From Trichosphaerium sp. ATCC 40318 (taxonomy: Eukaryota > Protista > Tubulinea), in the NCBI GenBank assembly GCA_038496445.1, contig JALMLS010000168.1, positions 1-64,000 on the forward strand: a stretch of 64,000 bases of DNA. The letters run 5' to 3'. The translations under genes were made by a program, and so were the position numbers. Below, piece after piece: positions 55,782-64,000 of the stretch (its first letter is position 1; each line of letters starts with the position of its first letter). The notes below the pieces were generated by a model. It was not told where the DNA came from. It worked only from the letters and a program-made list of their open reading frames with translations, and did no database searches.

Positions 55782-57721
55782 ATGAACACGGATAAAACGG
55801 AGAGTAGAAAGCGAAAGAGTAAAGCACCTTGCACCAAGAGGCGAAAAAGGGCTAAAAAAGCGAAAAAAGAGCCAGATCCACCTCTATGGAAAGTTTTCCC
55901 ATCACCGTTTGTTTCACGAGAAGTATATGAAGCATTTAAAACCAAAGGGTACGAAACAAATTTTTGATGCACCTGGTATTGTTGTGTTCTCTCAGAAAAA
56001 ACCAGATGTCACGTGACGATGCTACACATGTAGTGAAACCTGCCATGCTTTTGCTCGTACTTTGTGAGAACTTTATGGAGCTGACAATGTCTTTAGTTTT
56101 ATAACATCTTTTTGGGGAGACGAAACACTTGACATTGTTGAATTGATGGATAAACTTGTGTAGTTCTTTGTTCATAAGCTCATTTATAACTTATAATAGG
56201 CCAATAAAGGATAATAAAAGGGTAGGCATGATGACTATATTAATGCCAGGCGAAAGTCGTGGATACTACCTTACTATGAAGTAAGACTCTAAACTTTTTT
56301 TTTCTTTTTTTTGACATTTTCCTCCAAACTAAACGTATTTAGCACGTTGTTCTTCAAGATGAAAGTAGGTGATGCTGTTATTGTACAAGATCCAAAATAC
56401 AAGGAATACATTGTTGGGAAAGTGGCCAGCGGAGTTGAGTATGCAAAAGAGTCTGACTTTATTGGTACGTATTTAACAATGGTTGATTATGTCTAAGTAT
56501 TTTTCCAGACTCCCAGATTTGCAGGTCTGAAATGCTTCCTTTCAGACGAGTGAAGTGGCTTAAAGTATCAAATGGTAATGCAATAAACGGTAATCCTTGG
56601 GGCGGTTTATTTGAAGAGGTACAGATCGTCAAATTGAAGAGTAAATTTACTTCATTCATTTGTTTTTTCAAACCAAATTTTAGATAGCGATTGAGACTCA
56701 AGACACAGTCAATGGTGAAAAGAAAGATACTTAACAAAGGACCTACTATCCATAATTATTTGGGAAAGCCAAAAACGGTTATATACAGACCGTTTATACT
56801 GCGACCATCAGTTGTAAGGAACTTTACACCCGAGGTACATTTGATCTGTCATCTTCTTTAAACTTCCTTCTCATTGATCCATCCAATTAAAGGACGGAAG
56901 AGTATTCGAGTCTAATGGCATTACTACATATAACCCAATACAAATGTACAAGGTAAATATCTTGGAACACCCTATACGTTTGTGTTCTTGTGAACAAACT
57001 CTTTTAGTTTTTCCGATTGTAGTATAAATATTCGGTTAATGTCCCATGGTTTGCAAACCGTAGGATCAATGAAATCAACACTGGAGAAGGAGGTGAACAT
57101 GTACTTAATGGCGTAGATGGTTCTAATATAGTTCTTGATGATACCATAAACATACTTCCTATACAAGCACCGAGTACAACCAACATCGATTCAAATGAAG
57201 AACAACCACAAAAACCTCAAATTAAAACGGAAAAGAATAGTTCACCAACAACAACAAAAGAACTCTTATTCCACAAAATGGATACAGATGACAACGACAA
57301 CGATGGTAATCACATATTGCAAATTTTGCGCCTTATCTTACCTTTCTTATTTTATACAGAAGAAGAAATTGAGATTGATCTGACAGGGGAGGATGACGAG
57401 GAGTTTGAAGGCACATCAGGCTACCACCAGTTCAAACTGCCATCTGTGAGTATACTATCATCTAAACCTTTGGATTATATTAAAAAAGGTGACTTATTAA
57501 GTGATAGTATTGTTTTTGCTTGCTGAATCCTTTTAGAAACTACACCTCTTCAATCACATGTCAATAAAGCCAAAGATTGGAAAACAATTGAAGATGAGAA
57601 ACAAGCAAGTTTATTAAAGATACAGAAGCTGAAGAAACTTATCAATGAAGAAAAACAACATCTCAATAATCTATACGAGCAACAAGCAAACTTGACTATA
57701 AATAAACAAACACAAAATTAA
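55782..57721 (+). CDS. Putative nuclear protein with a Mrr-N/EVE(PUA)-like domain, acidic region and C-terminal coiled coil
   Basis: Basic NLS RKRKSK...KRRKRAKKAKK; LFFKMKVGDAVIVQDPKYKEYIVGKVASGVEY...FRRVKWL; about 7 introns. Confidence 0.6.
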
Positions 57722-58117
57722 TTGGGCTACCTTACATTCATTACACATTTACAAGCGGGACTTTTTAAGCGTTTAATTAAAGCTCACCTCTTGAGCGCCA
57801 GCCAATGCCTTAAAATTTTACCTGTTGTTTCAATCAGGCACACCTGCCAACAATCTGATGAGACAGACTAACTCTCTAAGTTTTTTTGAAATTATATATA
57901 ATTTCTTTAAGCGGATTTCTGTCCTTGTTCTCCCAACACGAGGCCCTTTGCTTACAATAAGCTAAATTTATGTAATACACAGGTTTAAGATAGTGCCCAT
58001 ATTTGACTCCACGCCAATAATCGCGTGTTTTCTATTCTTGTCATTTAAATAGTAACACAAGGTGAGAAGTGACTCGTTTATTTATTATCAAACAAACTAT
58101 TGTTAACATTGTAACTT

Positions 58118-59611
58118 TTAAATGCAGTAGGAATCAAAGTGATCAGTTGTCGAATACCCATGATGAATACCTCCACCACCAATGTAAAGTTTACCCTGGT
58201 ATAGAAGAGGATATATACCATGTCTAGGAAGAGGCATATCCTTTCCAGAACGCCATGAATTGGTTGAAGGATTATAGATATCAACACGAGAGTAAACAAA
58301 ATTAGAAGTTGCGTTTTTACCAGTTTTTGTTTCTCCCCCGAATATGTAGAACTCTCCTACACCGTTTGCGTTTTCAGCATACCTTGCTGTACCCATACCA
58401 CCTTGACTAAGTTAAAAAAAAAAGTGTATCCAAAAATACGCTCAAGTCAAGATTTGTTGTACCTCTTTCTTGAGGGAACGGTTTGAGTTTTGAACCTTCA
58501 TCTTCACTTGTCTATTTTTAGATTAAAAATCACAAATCGCACGTGCGATTTTTTTGTTTATTCTCTCTTAAACTATTCGTACCTCCCACTTGTCTGTTTT
58601 TGGATCGTAGACCTGAATAGTATTGTATCCATTAGAAACTACATTTCTACCCGTCCTTCCGCCAAAAATCCACATCTTCTCTCCTTCAGAAGTAGTTGCA
58701 GCGTGATTTCTCAAGCAAACTGTTAGTTAATTATATGGATAACGAACAATCCTTACCTTCCATACGGCATAGGTTTCATGTAGGACCATGAATTTGTAGC
58801 TACAGAACTTAGTCCAAGTTATCATCCATTTAAACGTACCAACATCATATTTTCCACATTGCGTGGTTGTGTTTGTTCCACCTCTTCTATGACCGTCTTC
58901 AAAGCCTTGAACACCGCCACAAGCGTAAATGTAACCGTTTATGTAGGCAGAGCATACAGAACCACCGTCCCAAGGCATGCTAAGATTTCACATTAAATTA
59001 GGAAAAAACTTCTTGACAGAGCAAAAAAAGAGCATCAACTTACGGTTTGCCTTCTTTCCATGTGTTCGTTTTAGTATTGTATATCTGGATGGTACCATAG
59101 GAGTTTTCGTCAATACCACCAACAACATACCATAAATCTAGTTGAATAATAAGAGAACAAAGAAAAGTACGATGAACTTTTTTATTTTTCTGTACCATCG
59201 ATTACGTGGGCCGAGTGGTGGTTACCAGCATGTATTCTATTTGCTACAGCTGACCATTTGTTTGTCTTGAAATCATACTTATATGTATCGGTATTAGCCT
59301 GTAACTAGTTAGAGGATGTATACCCGAAAGTTGAAAAACGGTTAATCAAAATATTTTTCGCTCTACTTTTCGTTCGAAACGGTTGTTCCAAACAGCGTCG
59401 ACAATTTATAAAATTACCTCTCCTGCGAGATACAAGGCATCACCAATAACGGCACCAGCGACTTCTCCTGTCTCTTTCGGCATATTTGGGAGACTTTCGT
59501 CCCAAGTATTGCTTGTACAACAGTTTGACAAGCAAACGAACCTATCACGTGATTAATTTCAAAAAACCAACTAAAATAGCCAAAAGGAACATACAATAGA
59601 ACAATACGCAT
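58118..59611 (-). CDS. Kelch-repeat beta-propeller protein, probably secreted
   Basis: MPKETGEVAGAVIGDALYLAGE, YVVGGID, YIYACGG, FYIFGGE, MPLPRHGIYP...LYIGGG. Start codon uncertain. Confidence 0.88.
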
Positions 59612-60667
59612 TGTTGATACAACGTTTAAACAAAAAGCAGCCGTTATCACGAAACCGCGCTGTATTTGATTGTGAACGGTCTTGGCGTTTTCAACAAGAA
59701 AAAAAGTCGACATTGACATTCGTTTTGAGTAGTAGCTACTATCGTGTAATGTACCTCCTTGATACTTTAGTAGCTTTCAAGGCAACAAAATGATTGCTTA
59801 CAAGTTTGAAGTATCAAAGTTTAAGATCTTTCAAAACTCAATTTCAACAGTTCCAGTAATTTACGTAAATTTACAAGCACGTTACTATGTTACACACCAT
59901 TATTTTTAGTTGATGTGAACACGTATCGCGTAGCTATTTGCTAAGAATCTTCTTCTAAATGTTCGTTCTAATCGTCAAGATATAATATTATATACAAAGT
60001 CACATCGTGACCCAGCGACAATGAGATATATGCTACAACCGTGCGGCTGTATGCTAGCACGTGTACATTAACATAATTCATAGTTCTACTTTGTATACTA
60101 GGAGTGTAAATGTACACCTTGAAAAACAACAATACCATGAGATTGACTTCACAACGGTTTTCCTACCAATGGAGCTTGCGGATATATATTGCATACGGAT
60201 CAAGTATACGTTCTAGCACCTGGTGTCAAACATTCAACAAAAAAAAAAGTCTTAGCTTAATTGAAAAACGTTCCAGGTTTAAATGAAATCCGACATAGTA
60301 TTGCCATGGCTAGCTACAAACATGTATTAAACGGCTTGATGTAAGGATAGCGAAGATAACCAAACCAACTACAAAAAGAGTTCTATCATTGTGTATGTAC
60401 GGCATGGTGCTGATACTATTGTAGGATCATAATATAAAGGTAACGTGATAAACATTTTATAGTTGTTTTGGCTCTTTTGTAGGTGATTGTAAAAGTTGAT
60501 TCTGAGACGTTTAATGAACTAATCTTAAGGACGATGTAGACCAAGTCATTAAGGCACCCTTATTAGATTAATAAATTAACTATCTCGGCAATATACTGCT
60601 CTTTCGTAATCAATTTATCAGATTTGTTAGACGTTTGTTAGACGAATACTAACACTCTGACCATAAA

Positions 60668-61486
60668 ATGAAAAAGAAAATACAACAACATACAGACCAA
60701 GCATTCGACCTTGTTGCGCTACCAATTGAAATAATAGTCCATATTCTCAAACAAGGGCCACATACACTCCGTACAGCCCAAACAAGTCATCTTTTGCGGG
60801 ATATTGTTCACAACCACGTTGGATATGGTCATATCAGAATAAAAAATGAAACAGAGGCTCAGATGCTCTCTGGTAGTCCATTACTCGAAAATACAATAAT
60901 CAACGTTCAAGGATCAAAATTAAAGGATAAAGCAATCAGATTGTTGGCAGGTGTACATACTATCTACATATCTAATTGTAAAACAATAACAGACAATGGC
61001 ATCAGGGCATTAGCTGGTGTTCATGAGATTGATATATCTTTTACCAATGTAACAGATGAAGGTTTGAGTGCCTTAGCAGGTGTACATACTATCAACTTGG
61101 ATAGCTGTAAATCAATAACAGATAAGGGTGTAAAGGTGTTGGCTGGTGTACATGATATTAACTTATCATTTACAACCTCTAATATAACAGATGAGGGTAT
61201 TAAGGCGTTGGCAGGTGTGCGCACTATCAGGCTTACTTATTGTAAATCAATAACAGACTATGGCATCAAGGCATTGGCAGGTGTACGTGAGATTTCTTTA
61301 TCATTTACAAGTGTAACAGACGAAGGCATTATGGCTTTGGCAGGTGTACATACTATTTCCTTGATGCATTGTAAATCAATAACAGAAGTAGGGTTAAAGG
61401 CACTTGTAGGTGTACATACCATCTACATGGAAAACGACAGACGATCTGAGTTTGGTGCCCTTGACTTAGGTATAATCTATTTGTAA
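60668..61486 (+). CDS. F-box / LRR protein (intronless), paralogue of 26126-27403
   Basis: DLVALPIEIIVHIL; shared HxHVGY...LSGSPLLxNT linker; about 8 ITDxG(I/V)xALAGVHxI repeats. Confidence 0.9.
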   Translation: MKKKIQQHTDQAFDLVALPIEIIVHILKQGPHTLRTAQTSHLLRDIVHNHVGYGHIRIKNETEAQMLSGSPLLENTIINVQGSKLKDKAIRLLAGVHTIYISNCKTITDNGIRALAGVHEIDISFTNVTDEGLSALAGVHTINLDSCKSITDKGVKVLAGVHDINLSFTTSNITDEGIKALAGVRTIRLTYCKSITDYGIKALAGVREISLSFTSVTDEGIMALAGVHTISLMHCKSITEVGLKALVGVHTIYMENDRRSEFGALDLGIIYL

Positions 61487-63084
61487 GCAAAAAAGTCGAA
61501 TTGTGTTTTGGCAGTTGTTCAATAAAGTTCCAACACAACTTTCTATTATCTTTGCCTTTGGAATGGTTCATTACTAACTGCAAGATTCTTATCATTACTT
61601 ATGTGATAAGTGTTCACTTGTTAAAGTATGGAGCCAATGAAGATTGCACAGTGCTAAAGAACGTTCATGAAGGGTGCTACAGTTCTATCTTTTCCAACTA
61701 TATGTTTGCCATATGAGTCATATTAACTTGATTTTAGAGTATCACTGGAACCAAGACTTCATCATCAAAGTGGTATCCTATTGGTGGGTCTACACAAAGA
61801 AATGTTCCATTCTGGAAAAGACCAGTATTTATATGTGTGGCAAAAAAGTAGTTCGCTCTTCTCATTGAACGTGTTGTACAACCTCTTACATCTGATATTG
61901 GTGAAACCCCGCATCCACACTGGTGCGATTAACAGCTGAGGATAATTGTAACACTATCGATCAAATTTCTTAGGACTTGTTAACTTTTTTGAACCGTAAT
62001 GTGCCATTGTATTGAACTGCTACTTGCCGATGTTGTTTTACAATACTACCTTACTTAAACAGCTATCTTTCACTTCAAACGTCACTAAAATACTCGTTTA
62101 TACTGTAATGGTAGTCCTGTTTCAGGCTTGAGCACTGAGTATGGTACAAATTATTTTGATCAATAGCACGATTTATGAACAAACAATTTGCTGTGGTACA
62201 ACTTCGAGCTGTGTTGAGCTGCAGTATATTGTTATAAGAACATTACATAGACGTGAAAGTTCTTCACAGTATCAGTTAGCTTTGTATATCCTTCAGTTAA
62301 CTCATGTACCTTTACTTTAATGTAGAGTTCTCGGTAACTAGCTTGTTGGGTTGGCGTACAACATGGAGCGAAGAAGGGAATGTGGAAGCAAGTGATGAAT
62401 AACTGGTGTATTGTTTGGCATACTACCCATATCAAAACCTCACTTTCATTAAATTAACGGTACCACTAGCTCACTTAGCTTGTACTGTTAACTTTGTTTA
62501 AGTTGAATCACCCATCTTGGATAATGAGGTAGTATTCTATGTCAAGCTACTACAGAGTGGCATGTCGACAAAATTCCCTTGTCCTTGTTCAAGGGTTTTA
62601 AAGTTCCAAAGCCAGTTAGAGCAGAAGCCTAATAGGAAGTTCCGCCTATTGCTTGATACAAGTTTACAAAAGTGCGAGTTTTCTGCCACTTTTTATCACG
62701 TTTTATGTTACCAGACTAACTTTCAGAACGCTGCTTGTAGTTCTTGGATTAGTATTAAACCCCGTGCAATGTCTAAACTCGCTATTTAAAGCTGCAACGT
62801 GAAATGACGTCAAATTGCAAAAAAGTGCAAATTCTCCTTTTGTACAACAATCAAACAAAGTCGAATACGCTTTATTTAATGCAATACTCACATTGGAGTT
62901 GTTAAAAGGAAGTTCGAAGTAAAATAAAGTTCCGGATAAAAGTTTCTGTTGTATTCCGCGGAAATACACGAAAATCACAGAAAAAAAGAAAAATAAAGAC
63001 TCATAATTTCAATACACAGAAGTCAATAGAATCGGCTCCTCAATTGTTCACACTATTAAATTATATACAAACAATACTAGCACC

Positions 63085-63835
63085 ATGGGTAAAATCACAG
63101 CGTAAGTTCGGAGTTTTGTTTGACTTTTTTTTTTCGTCAAAAAGAGCTAGAAAGGTGCTCTAATATATTTTTGGAGTGTATCATGGCGTAAGACACAAAA
63201 ACGAAAATGAATAATTATTTTTAGAACAAAGGAGTTTAACAGGTCAGCCGATGAGGTATGGAAAGTATTAGGAGATTTCCCAAACATCCAAGCATTTCAT
63301 CCAAATGTAAAAGAATCTCTTTCAGTAAGTGACAGTACAGAAGGTGAGCGAAAATGACCAAAAAAAAAGAGCTTACACATGTATTTCTAACACATACAAA
63401 AAGGTATTGGTGCAACTCGTTCTTGTGAGTTTTATGATGGTGGTAAGATAATTGAAAGAGTGATTGAATGGAGCAACGAGGAACAGTATTATATTATTGA
63501 ACTTGTTGAAGGAACAGCACCAATACGTAAAATGATAGCAAGATGTGGAGTTGTATCGTAAGTAAAAACAGTCCACTTTATTTGTTTGTCACGTGATTCT
63601 TCTGACCTGTGTTTTTAGTACTGGAAAGAATACATGCCAAGTATCAATGTCAAGTGATTATAAACCAAAGTATGGCGTTGTAGGTAAAGTTATGGATAAG
63701 ATGATTATTAAGAATTTGTTTGAATCTCTTGGAAAAGACTTTATGATTGCACTTGATTATCATCTTAAAACTGGAAAGGAGGTTCAAAAGAATACAGTAA
63801 AACATATCAAGTCTGGTAAGCTTACCGACTATTGA
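63085..63835 (+). CDS. SRPBCC / polyketide cyclase-dehydrase family protein
   Basis: SADEVWKVLGDFPNIQAFHPNV...GIGATRSCEFYDGGKIIERVIEW...YKPKYGVVGKVMDKM...LDYHLKTG. Confidence 0.88.
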
Positions 63836-64000
63836 TGAGTAAGTACATCAAACGTGTATTCCTTGTACAATAAAGTAAACCCTTGCTTGGTATTCCACAC
63901 GTGCATTCCACATTACGTATGTGCCCTGGTTTTCCGTGTACAAAGAAGTGCCGTGGTATTGTCAGTAAGAATCCAACCTTAATTAAGATGTGTTGGAACG

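Noticed and set aside
60020-60540. Possible small spliced gene upstream of the F-box/LRR gene
   Set aside because: Could not build a consistent exon chain.
61800-62980. Pogo/Tc1 DDE transposase relic (KPNRKFRLLLD)
   Set aside because: Only one weak motif; no catalytic triad or TIRs seen.

Overview
AT-rich (about 35-37% GC by eye), gene-dense eukaryotic nuclear DNA with many short (about 40-100 nt) spliceosomal introns. The gene content (cAMP-receptor-like GPCR, class I-like PI3K, a CNB-GRAM-CNB module) points to an amoeboid protist, probably an amoebozoan; this is inference. About 24 protein-coding genes were reconstructed by hand across introns, so internal exon borders are approximate. The most notable features are non-genic. 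(1) A 0.8-1.0 kb element occurs four times (about 11.6, 23.7, 29.8 and, inverted, 43.9 kb), each time between divergently transcribed genes, with a near-identical 400-bp core, an internal 98-bp direct repeat, gradually decaying flanks and no TIR/TSD found. (2) The palindrome CACGTG is roughly 8-9-fold over-represented (about 60 counted by eye), mostly inside introns and often at the centre of longer palindromes. (3) GC-AG introns are frequent, mostly with a GCACGT donor. (4) A 766-bp MITE has 25-bp TIRs and a 5-bp TSD. Unusual proteins include a DH-PH-MORN-CNB-GRAM-CNB RhoGEF, a tandem-PH PI3K with DFG changed to DFA, a Rab-like pseudo-GTPase with an inverted copy of its own 5' end, intronless F-box/LRR paralogues and a nuclear protein with a possible Mrr-N/EVE(PUA)-like domain.
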